From NCBI RefSeq assembly GCF_964355755.1, contig NC_092671.1:22329970-22393969 (forward strand): DNA of 64,000 nucleotides. The letters run 5' to 3'. The DNA is from Antedon mediterranea. Taxonomy: Eukaryota > Animalia > Echinodermata. Positions 46,430 through 64,000 of this stretch are shown here, piece by piece. Position numbers and translations under genes: made by a program. Each line of letters begins with the position of its first letter. Within the stretch, counting starts at the first letter, position 1. Under the pieces are notes generated by a model. It was not told the origin of the DNA. It saw only the letters and a program-made list of their open reading frames with translations, and ran no database searches.

Positions 46430-47730
46430 AGTTGCTTAGTTGATTTAAACAAAACATGTGTCATGGTTTAATAAGTAAGTGTTGAACTGATTTAAACAAA
46501 ACATGTGTCATGGTTTAATCAGTAATTGTTGACCTGATTTAAACAAAACATATGTCATGGTTTAATCATTAATTGTTGACCTGATTTAAACAAAACATGT
46601 GTTGTGGTTTAATCAGTTTGCTTAGTTGATTTAAACAAAACATGTGTCATGGTTTAATCAGTAATTGTTGAACTGATTTAAACCATGGAGTTATATTTAC
46701 TCCATGTTTAAACAAAACATGTGTGGTTTTTTAGACATTAGTTGCTTAGTTGATTTAAACAAAACATGTGTCAAGGTTTAATCAGTAATTGTTGAACTGA
46801 TTTAAACCATAGAGTTATATTTACTCCATGTTTAAACAAAACATGTGTGGTTTTTTAGACATTAGTTGCTTAGTTGATTTAAACAAAACATGTGTCATGG
46901 TTTAATAAGTAAGTGTTGAACTGATTTAAACAAAACATGTGTCATGGTTTAATCAGTAATTGTTGACCTGATTTAAACAAAACATATGTCATGGTTTAAT
47001 CATTAATTGTTGACCTGATTTAAACAAAACATGTGTTGTGGTTTAATCAGTTTGCTTAGTTGATTTAAACAAAACATGTGTCATGGTTTAATCAGTAATT
47101 GTTGAACTGATTTAAACCATGGAGTTATATTTACTCCATGTTTAAACAAAACATGTGTGGTTTTTTAGACATTAGTTGCTTAGTTGATTTAAACAAAACA
47201 TGTGTCAAGCTAGTTTAATCAGTAATTGTTGAACTGATTTAAACCATAGAGTTATATTTACTCCATGTTTAAACAAAACATGTGTGGTTTTTTAGACATT
47301 AGTTGCTTAGTTGATTTAAACAAAACATGTGTCATGGATAAGTAATTGTTGACCTGATTTAAACAAAACATATGTCATGGTTTAATCAGTAATTGTTGAC
47401 CTGATTTAAACAAAACATGTGTGGTGGTTTAATCAGTAATTGTTGACCTGATTTAAACAAAACATGTGTGGTGGTTTAATCAGTTTGCTTAGTTGATTTA
47501 AACAAAACATGTGTCCTGGTTTAATCAGTAATTGTTGAACTGATTTAAACCATAGAGTTATATTTACTCCATGTTTAAACAAATCATGTGTGGTTTTTTA
47601 GACATTAGTTGCTTAGTTGATTTAAACAAATCATGTGTCATAGTTTAATCAGTAATTGCTGACCTGATTTAAACAAAACATGTGTCATGGTTTAATCAGA
47701 ATTGTTGAACTGATTTAAACAACATATGTA
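46430..47730. repeat. ~47-bp palindromic minisatellite with higher-order structure
   Basis: Unit TGATTTAAACAAAACATGTGTCATGGTTTAATCAGTAATTGTTGAAC (46441 to 46488); an orphan diverged copy lies at ~49330-49420. Confidence 0.92.
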
Positions 47731-47789
47731 CTGTGGTTATTTAGGGTATGTCCAGACTCTTGGCCTAACACTTAAATTGTTACAAAACC

Positions 47790-48100
47790 ATTGGTGTTGG
47801 AAAAGCTGTATATGGTTTTGACCGTTCAGTTAGGAACCTTCTACATCAATCTAATTTCGTTATAAATTTAGTAGTACCAACCCTGCCTATTATTTCATTT
47901 ATCCGTGGCATTGGATATGCATTTTTTTGTAATTCATGTTAAAGCGAGCTGTACCGTCCCGTTTTGGACAGTGAGACTCTTCTTTTACTTTGCCTAACTT
48001 AGCCTGATGAATTGGATAAGCTTTTTGTCTAACTGGGTGTACGTCATGCTTTATTACAGTAGTTTTTCCATGCGAATTTTCAGTTACTATGAACATTTCC
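47790..48100 (-). pseudogene. Degenerate Gypsy/Gmr1-type RT N-terminal fragment
   Basis: GKTTVIKHDV..PVRQKAYPI..KVKEE..PKRDGTARF..YKK parallels GRTDMVKHEV..PIRQKAYRIP..PKPDGSLRICTDYRE of the pol at 9660-12956. Confidence 0.75.
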
Positions 48101-48109
48101 ATCTACATT

Positions 48110-49110
48110 CCGCACACTAATCTTGGAAAAGAGGTCCTTTGTGAAATAAATGATGTTATCTTAGATATTGAAGCCAAATACGCTGATGCTTATATTATAA
48201 TAAATGATGATTTTAATCGCAATAATCAATCGTAATGGATCAATATTACACAGACGTTATACATTATTCTCATTTAGAGGGTACAAACACCAACACAGTG
48301 TCAGAATAATGTATTTTGATCTATCATCGGCCTTCATCTGTTGACAAATAATTTGATAAATGCCAACGTACCTAATAAGTTGAATGGCCTTGTACTTAAT
48401 TTTTTTGACACATAGATATCAATATATTAAACTGAACAGCGAAGTTAAATATGAAATTATTGTTTAGTAACACAGGTTCCCCACAGGGCACAGTTTTAGC
48501 CCCTTTCCTATTCACTGTGTTCACTTCAGACTTTAAGTCCGATCACCCAGACTGTCCTGTTATCAAATTAGCTGATGACACAGCCATCCTGGGTCAAACA
48601 TGACAACTATGGTTATTATAAAGCTGAAATTGACCGGTTTGTAAGGTTTTTGTAATAAAAACCATCTTAAACTTAATACTGCTATTCTAAGACCAAAGAA
48701 ATGGTAATAGATTTTCGTAATAAATTTAGGGCATCTACTGATATTATTCATTCATTATTGATGGTAATCATGTAGAGATAGATTAAATTTTTCTGAATAT
48801 TTAGAATATATTAGTAAGAAATTAAATACTCGTATGTAAATGCTTTTAATGTGAGTAACAAAACCATCAATATCTTTTATACATCAGTTGTTTGTGGGGT
48901 TTGGAGTTATTGCTTAACGGGATGGGGAGAAATTGCTTTTAACAAAGATAAAGAATTAATAGATCGTCTGATTAGAAAAGTTAGCAGAATCACTTTTGTC
49001 TGTTTGCCTTCAGTTGACTATCTCTACAGAGTAAGGATAACAAATTTGTTTTCTCATATAAAAACTGATGAACTTTATTTCCTCCATGATGTGGTTATCA
49101 GTCATACTAT
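48110..49110 (+). pseudogene. Degenerate non-LTR retrotransposon RT (Rex1/L2-like)
   Basis: Frame-broken motifs VRIMYFDLSSAF (~48300), NTGSPQGTVLAPFLFTVFTSD (~48470), IKLADDTAILG (~48560), KTKEMVIDFR (~48690), FYTSVV..YCLTGWG. Confidence 0.85.
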
Positions 49111-49124
49111 CCCTAGGTGGACGT

Positions 49125-49310
49125 ATCATGTGGGGAGAACCCAGTAGACTCCTGCGGTATCTCCCTATAAGCAAATAATAGGTACGGAAGCAATTTATTC
49201 CATTCCCGGGGATCGTCCTGAACAAACCATACACTTAAGGGTGCCATTAAAGCTTTCCACTAATTCCTCGGTTTGTGGATGGTAGGGAGAAGTAGTACTT
49301 TTACGTCAAG
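49125..49310 (-). pseudogene. Degenerate Gypsy/Gmr1-type integrase fragment
   Basis: Minus strand STTSPYHPQTEELVESFNGTLK and LLPYLLFAYREIPQESTGFSP, matching TSTPFHQQTNGLVEKFNGTMK...PLFLFAYRDAQQESTGFTP of the intact pol. Confidence 0.8.
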
Positions 49311-52115
49311 AGTCTGAACATACCCTTAATAAGTAATTGTTAGTTGATTTAGACAAAACATGTCTCATCGTTTAATATTTAACATTAATTGTTTGTGTGG
49401 TGGTTTAATAACATATGTAGTTGATAAATTATTCATTATTGTACAGTCAACTTTCCTAATACCGGACACCTGGCAGAATATGTTGGATTCTGTAACGGTT
49501 TGGTATTTGGAATGTGTTTTTTAACGAGTTTACATCCTGTTCCGCATAGCAGGAAGTCCGCTAAAGTGGATAAGCGTGCAACTATGTAGTGATTGTCTCA
49601 GTCAGCTAAATTAAAACAAAAGATTAAACCACATGTGCGGCTGCTTATGAAGCCCCTCAAACGATATGTTATGCATGACTTGGCAAATAAAGCTATCCTG
49701 GTCCCATCACCTTATTGAAAATAGACCTGTCTGCTCAGTTTCTGAGTTTTCTGAGTTTCCCTACATGCTTTGGAAAATTCTCTTAATATTAAAAGCTTAG
49801 GAATTTGGGGTCTTCTGGTCCTCAAGACAATTCTGGTATTGGGAGAGTGTTCGGTTTTTTCAGTTCAGAGTCCAGTATTTGGAGAGTCGACTATATTATA
49901 TTCATAGCATGTGTTAATAATGAATTGTTGAAATGTTATACTATTTTAAATGATTTAATAATGGAAATGTTAATTTAAGTTACAAAAAAAGAAAAATAAA
50001 ATTCTATAAAGTAATTAATGAAAACAGTAGTTTTGTCTTCTATGCAAGGAAAGACCTTTCAAGATGTTATATATGGATCATCAAATCACAGACAGGTTAA
50101 ACATAATTCTAGCATTCTGTAGCTTAATAGATTATTCAGAAAATTGGCAGAAATAGAACGTGAAGCCAATCCCAAGCATATCCTAACATGGCAGTATTTT
50201 AGTTAATGATAAAGCCACCATAACATGCTACCTTATTATTTTCATATGTTTTGATGTTGATTAACATGTAGTTTGAGTTACTTTGAGTTTCTTTCAGAGT
50301 CATGGTTTTTAGCAGTCATTATTACAACAAACACATTTAGACCTGGTAAGTTATAACCACACTGTAGCTAGTTTGCAAAAACTATTTTACTTGTAATAGG
50401 TTATTTTTATTTCTGCTTTCTCCTTTTTAACACCAACTCTTCTGTATGTATACTCTGAGTATACGCTAATGTTAAATACCCTAAAATAGCAGGGCATTAT
50501 TTCAAAAAGCTGATCTAAACAAAAGGTTTAGTATAATTTTTACAAATATTGTTATAAATGAAAAAAAAAAGTTATAAATTATTAATTGACAGTGAATTAT
50601 TATTTGTACTTGGGTAATATCTATCTATATATAGTTTGTCTATCAGTTGTCTAATAAATATAAACTGAAAACTCTAATATTTTAAAATGCCATTAATTTT
50701 CCACCAACAGTTAGTTGCTGTTAACATTCTGGATATTCTTCATCATAACATCCTTTTGCAGTTTAAAAGTAAGAGTTTACAATACGTATGTTTTGTATGC
50801 ATGTGTTTTATTTAATTAAATGTCAAATTAAATAATAATACTGCACAACTTAACGAACTGTGTTGTATCAAATATGAGATGAAATATTTTGTTTCTGTTT
50901 TGTTTACTAGTAGGAGTGTTGACTATAATGCTTTGTTCACAATTCAACACAACACCCTTGTTACACGGCTGGTTCCCCCACCTGTGACTTCACATTCTAT
51001 CTCTGGCACACAACATTATTAGTAAATTACAATGTGGCGTACGATTGAAAACTGTTGAGAACTCCTGCTTTATTATTGGTACCTGTGTTGTTTATTCTGA
51101 CGCTAGTTATTACTAACTTCCCCCACATTACTGAACTCAGAACAACTGTATTTACATTGTTATACTTTCAGTTTCATCTATGTGGGTTGGTGTTGAAGTC
51201 ATTAATGATGACAACTATTGTAACTGGTTGCATTTACTGTATTCAGGTAATTCCCAAGGTAATCCATTAATCAATCAAATAAATTTTTATTCCATAATAC
51301 TTAAAATAAGGTTGTGTTCAGAACATTGTGTGCATGCAGAGATATTAGGACGTCCTCCCTCACTCCTCAACTTGGCAGTTTTGATGTATTCTAGTTTCAG
51401 ATGACCACCGACAACCTACCTAAGGTCAGATCAATCGAAAGGTAGTTTCTACAGAAGTTATTAAGGCAACACAATTACCACCTGCACATTACGTTATAAT
51501 CAATTTTATTTTTGGTTTTCCTTGTGCAGTGTCATATGTCTTCCTGGAACTTTCTACGACAGAGATGTAATTCTACATCAGAGATTCAGAGCACCTCGGG
51601 CCTGCCTGTCTTCCCTGTTGTATACTAGCAATTGTCACTTTTAAAGCAAAAAATGTCATATAATAACATAATGCTGTCTCTTCTCAATCGTGCTCCATTT
51701 ATGTTATGCTATGGTAGAATCATCTAATTTTATAGCTTCATGTTAGAATTACAAATTATATGGAATTCTCAGGATTAAATTAATTAAAAACTCATCCGAT
51801 GATCAAATCAAATATTGATACATTAAAGACTTGCTTAATGTAACTTTGGTTGAGATTTAAAGCATTTGTTTTTCTTCTCTTTTGTGGGTATCGCCCACCT
51901 TTATTCTTATTTCCCTTATAAAACATTTTCTCTTTATGGTCTTATGACGTCATTACAGCTTCTTTCGCTGTACCCCCACATTCGTGCTTGTTTTTACATT
52001 GATGACCGAATAAATATTATTATTATTTACCTCATAAATTTTGTTTCTGTTTTGCAATACAATGCATAAAGTCTTATTATTTATGTTGTTTTCATATTTT
52101 CTTAACAAAATTTAG

Positions 52116-53194
52116 GAACTTGAGGATTCCACTGGACTAGACAGCATTCCAGGCTGCTACCTTATGCAGTTTAAGGAAGACAGTGAAGTCATAAGTCAAA
52201 GTCATGCTGAACATGTCACAAAGTTGTGGAACAACCTGGATGCGTATGACAAAACCGTTAAGCGCAAAGCACGGCATCACGATTACCTCACAAAAGGCAG
52301 GTTCAAGAAAAGTAAAACGACTGCTGTAATACCTGGTGTTGAAAGCACTCGACAGTAAGGCAGTTTCCTGCGTTTTTCACTTTGTAGGTTAACAGATGCT
52401 TCTTAGGTCAGAACACCGGACCAGCCCAATGGCCGGACTGCAATCGATATATGGAGTGCCTTATTACAAAACTATGTGAAGAGTATCCGTCTACCGTATA
52501 TATCGGAGGGAAACATTTCCAGCGCTGGCCGCTAATCGGCAAAGGCTACAAAAACATTCGTCGGAAAGTGCTATCAAATGGACACCTGATGTTGTTTGGT
52601 AAGCTTCAGTTGATGGAGATAAATCGTACGACACTCATCCAGCGGTGAGTTTTAACTTGTTATTGATGTTATTACAGGTACAAAAGAACATCAAAGAAGC
52701 AAGAGCAGCAAGTTTTGGAATCTGGCATCTCAGCAACAATACCCAAACTTGTCTCTGATAATACCCTACTTGAACCTTTAACCAATCCAGCGGTGCTAAA
52801 CGATCCTGCAAGCGCTCCATCTCTCACATTTGTCCAACCAAAAAACACTTCCGGCCGAGCAACTCTAGGAAACAGACTGTCGATCCCAGTTCCAGGCGAG
52901 ATAGCAAACCCACCACCATCAGTCCCTGCGGCTAGTAGTACTCGCATTCCTAGAACTACCCTCTTGTACAGAAAACGAGTGGCTAAAGACATTGGAAACC
53001 GATCAAAATGTACAAACCAAGAATGTCTGTGATTGTGTGCTCAAAGTGTAAGCAACCAAGGTTAAATAAGAACCACACTCAGTACTATGGAAATTGGTAT
53101 TGTGCTGCAACATCTGATGAAGCATGAAAATTGGCTATTGGTTGCCACCCGTCACCATCGTCAAGAGTGGAAAAAAAAACAGCAACAAGAATGA
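52116..53194 (+). pseudogene. Spliced, frameshifted C-terminal half of a probable Dada/DUF6729-type DDE transposase
   Basis: Exons 52116-52354, 52396-52644 and 52678-53194 give ..LWNNLDAYDK..RHHDYLTKGRFKKSK..PGVESTRQ|CFLGQNTGPAQWPDCNRYMECLITKLC..RWPLI..YKNIR..LQLMEINRTTLIQR|..QEQQVLESG..RTT..CSKCKQPR..HTQYYGNWYC. The motif series is recalled from animal DUF6729-family proteins. Frameshifts near 53000 and 53125; no catalytic N-terminal half found. Confidence 0.65.
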
Positions 53195-54649
53195 TTCCAA
53201 ATGATTTTTGTAGCCATGGATAGAGTTTTTATACTGTTTCATATATATATATATCTTCTATTTTTTGTTTTGTTCTGTTATTTTATTTTCACTTTTTACA
53301 AAATATTTTATATTTTATGCAATTTGGCCATTGGGCCACCATATCTAATGGTTTTCTGAATGTGCAATAAAGTTAATAAAAATAATAATAAAAAAAAAGT
53401 TTTTAATGCTGCCAAATCCAAAGAGCAATGGTTAATGTAGTGAATTATTTTGTAATTTTTATATTATTACAATAAGTTTATATAGTTACATTATAATTTA
53501 CATTAAATCATTCATTGCACTTTGTATTTGAAGGTCCCAAGCCCTTACAAAAAAGCAGAGGGGAAACTTTTGCAATGAAATGTGTACATTAAATTGTGAT
53601 TTCTATATTCTTGTCATGAGTATTTTATATTTCAAGAGTAATTCCACTATAATTCATTTTAATATGAATCAAATATTTCCTTCCACGAATTCTAATATTT
53701 TTGATAAACATGTCTCGTCATATTAAAAAAAAGGATTTTATATTAATATTATTTAATATTTTTATTTATTTAATACATTGATCATTTGATAATCCTCTAA
53801 AATGGACAGTTTTTAGTCTGCCGGTATTCAAAACCTCCTAGCTTCATTGGTCAATTGTCCAGTTTCCTCATTATGTTATTACTTTGTATGTATATTTTAT
53901 GATTTTCCTAATAAATTCAAATCAAATTAATTATTATTTCTTATTTAAATAAATATTTATTGTTCATTGCATAATTCCCAGTCAAATTTAAGCATTTCAT
54001 GTAATGGAACATTGACACTCTCTGTGTGATGTAATCAATAAAATTTTAAATATTGTATTGTGTTTTGTTTCACTCTTGAATTTTTTTTGTCTCTCAAATG
54101 ATATTTATGGTAGATACGACAGTGTCTTCCTTTTATGAAATCGAAGGTAATGCTTTTAAAATGGTGTTTCAGAAGATTTATTATTTTCTTTACAGTATGT
54201 TCTTTACATTAGGGTACACCATGACCATTTCTATCGGGACCATTTCTATCGGCACAGTTTACCTGGCATCAAATGAATATTTTTTAGTTTTTTCTAGTAA
54301 TTTGATTTGGTTTCGGCTGACCTAATTTGTAAATTTTTTTCTGAAAATTGTTTTTATTGACGATTGTCTATAAGAGATGTGTTTTTTGTTGGTAAGTAGG
54401 GATGCGGCAACAGACATATCAGTGGCCGAAATTCACTGAGCTGTTTATTGAGCTGTTTATTAGCCAATGAGGTTGATGTCCCGATAGCCGCAACACCAAA
54501 TGTTGATGATTGATAGAAAATACTAATTTACAACAGAAAAACAGAACAACTTGTACGGAATGTAAACTTGATCGATGGCCTCATCCAACAAGACCTTATC
54601 CTTATTATTACTCCATGTTATTAAGGGCAGTATAACAATAATAATGTTA

Positions 54650-54900
54650 TTTTCGCCTAGCTAGCAACTAGTCTAGATAGCCTGTGAATATAAATGCTGT
54701 GAATACTTTGATAGTATTACTAAAGTACTTGAACATTCAAACTAGGCCTAGACTACTTTATCTAGGCCTACCTACTTCAATTAACTATATAACTATAGGC
54801 TAGGCCTAGTAGTAGGCCTACTACTACAGTACTACAATACGACTGGAGGCCCTCTAACTAGCCTGGCTTAAACTTCGGCCTAGCGTAGACATAGCTATGA
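54650..54900. repeat. Second TAGGCC/CTAG low-complexity tract near the right end
   Basis: ctaggcctag, taggctaggcctagtagtaggccta runs similar to 22220-22730. Confidence 0.6.
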
Positions 54901-55659
54901 TCCCTACCTCTCCCTTGTTTATTATAAGACAATAAAAAGTACTACATATTATAGTCTAGTCATTTGTTTAATCGTTTACCAAAAAAAGCCATCCTACATG
55001 TTTGTTTGGTCCCGTTTGTTTATATTATGATAATTGATCCACGCTGAACCTCCGGGTTCCACTTTTGAATTTGAAGTCCGCAGAATAATGCTCAATAATT
55101 CACTATTTACTCATTCCCAAGTCACTAAATTGATCTCCCTTGGTTCACAAATGCACAGTGTCTGACGCCAATAAAAGGAAAGAATAAGTGTAACAGCCAA
55201 ATTAAAATAAAATCGAAGCAAAATAAGAAAAAAATATCTGTTTACGATAGCGAAATTACGCTAAACCTAATTGCCAATATAGCGTGACGTCTGCGGACCG
55301 ACGCGATAACCTCAATGTGTGTTGAACCGCAAACAAATTTCAATTTCGTTCTGTATGTTACAAAAAGGATATTTCGCGTTCCAAATTTTTTTGTATGGTA
55401 TAGAAAATCGCATAAATTGTCACTTTTTTGTACAGTTTCAATTAAATCCCTTTGATATGTTATAGAAATATAATCAAAGCATTGCTTCATATAAAGTAAA
55501 GTAGTAATTTTGAAGAAATTACGGAATTTAGCATTCACAAACATTGGGTTGACATAACCCTAACGGCTAATTTTATTTATTTACTAGTTTAATTTTTAAC
55601 AAATTCGATTAAGGCAACATAAAATTGTCGAATTTTAATCAAACAACTCCTAAAAATAA

Positions 55660-56640
55660 ATAAAAATCAGCATAGTTATTAATTAAATCTACTTTATTAA
55701 AATAACCAAACTACAGTTATAAAACTATTTAAAAAATATAATAACGAACGAGCCTCCAGTGAAAGGGCGACCTCAATTTAGACGTGCGCTCTTTACATAA
55801 AAGGTAATTAATTATAGCCGAAAAACGATAAATTATCGATTTTGACCCAAGAGAATATTTTCTTTGTTGAAAAGTGAGTAGAGAAAAGCATACTTCATAC
55901 AATTTAATCAAATACATACCAAGTTATAAGTCATGAAAAAATTCAAAAATCATCAAAAGTGCATTCGAGTCTGAGAAATTACGCGTTTTTTACATTTTTT
56001 TCAAAAAAGACACGATATTTTTTTTAGTTTTCTTCATTAAAAAAAGAGAGTATATAAATGTATTGTGTATGAAACTCAAAATTTTTACAAAACGATGAAT
56101 TTTTGTGTAAAATAACGTGTTTTTGGTAAAATCAGCATATGTGCACCTTTAAGTACACACATAAAAATCGCCGCGGAAACCATTTTCCCGATGTCAAATC
56201 GGGTTGAAACTCTGGAAAAACGATCTTTTGGTGTTTTTTTACATAGGAAAAATATAAACGTTATATGTTTCCAATGTAAAGTAAATGTTTAAAGGACGAT
56301 GTTGGTGAATGTGAAATAAAAAATATGACGACCTATCGTTCTTAGAACATTACTCAATTTTTTCCCCAAAACGATATTTTTCATAAAAAACAAGGAAGAT
56401 AACGTGTAAATCATTAGAGACATGAATGTTAATTAGAGACTTAAATAATCTCTCAGAAAAACGATATTTTACAGACTTTTTATTGAATAGGTAGAGAAAG
56501 AGTAATAATTATATGTAAATCAGCATATGTGCAATTCTCATAGTGACAGTCTCGCGGAGAGCAAACATGCACCTGTGCCTATGTCTTACTGTGGAAAGTC
56601 CCCCTAGATTATCATCAAATGTGCATGTTTCTCACTGAAA
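55660..56640. repeat. Right subterminal region with dispersed short motifs (AAATCAGCATA, AAAACGATA, ATAACGTGT)
   Basis: AAATCAGCATATGTGCA at 56129 and 56517, AAATCAGCATA at ~55664; AAAACGAT at ~55822, 56089, 56217, 56368, 56458. Confidence 0.6.
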
Positions 56641-56664
56641 ACTGTAGGTGGCCGATGTGCATTT

Positions 56665-56679
56665 TTGCATGTGCGCTCT
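56665..56679 (-). repeat. Right terminal inverted repeat TTGCATGTGCGCTCT
   Basis: Reverse complement of the left terminus with one indel; followed by GAG(GA)n. Confidence 0.75.

Positions 56680-64000
<7,321 letters not shown>

Noticed and set aside
50000-52100. Missing catalytic exons of the transposase or another gene
   Set aside because: Only short stop-ridden exon-like pieces on either strand; no recognisable motif found by eye

Overview
Eukaryotic (almost certainly animal) repeat-rich DNA. The backbone is a GATAGATCAGC(GA)n satellite (509-8509, 13182-21800, 56680-64000) with two insertions. (1) A 5'-truncated Gmr1-type Ty3/Gypsy LTR retrotransposon on the minus strand (8510-~13181), with an intact PR-INT-RT-RH pol separated from gag only by an in-frame TGA in a CAA-TGA-CTAG readthrough context. 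(2) A ~34.9 kb element (~21798-56679) sitting inside a pure (GA)n tract. It has short terminal and subterminal inverted repeats, and uninterrupted 'empty-site' copies of the same satellite block occur elsewhere in the window. It carries a ~20-exon tyrosine-recombinase gene (acidic N-terminus, two C2H2-like fingers, recognisable catalytic motifs) whose 3' exons join in frame to the stop; two 5' junctions are unresolved. It also carries tRNA-like tandem arrays in three introns of that gene, a 6.9 kb array of 82-bp units each holding a palindrome shaped like a recombinase core site, decayed retroelement fragments, and a decayed C-terminal half of a probable Dada/DUF6729-type DDE transposase. Family assignments come from motif recognition and memory, not database searches; exon structures were assembled by eye.
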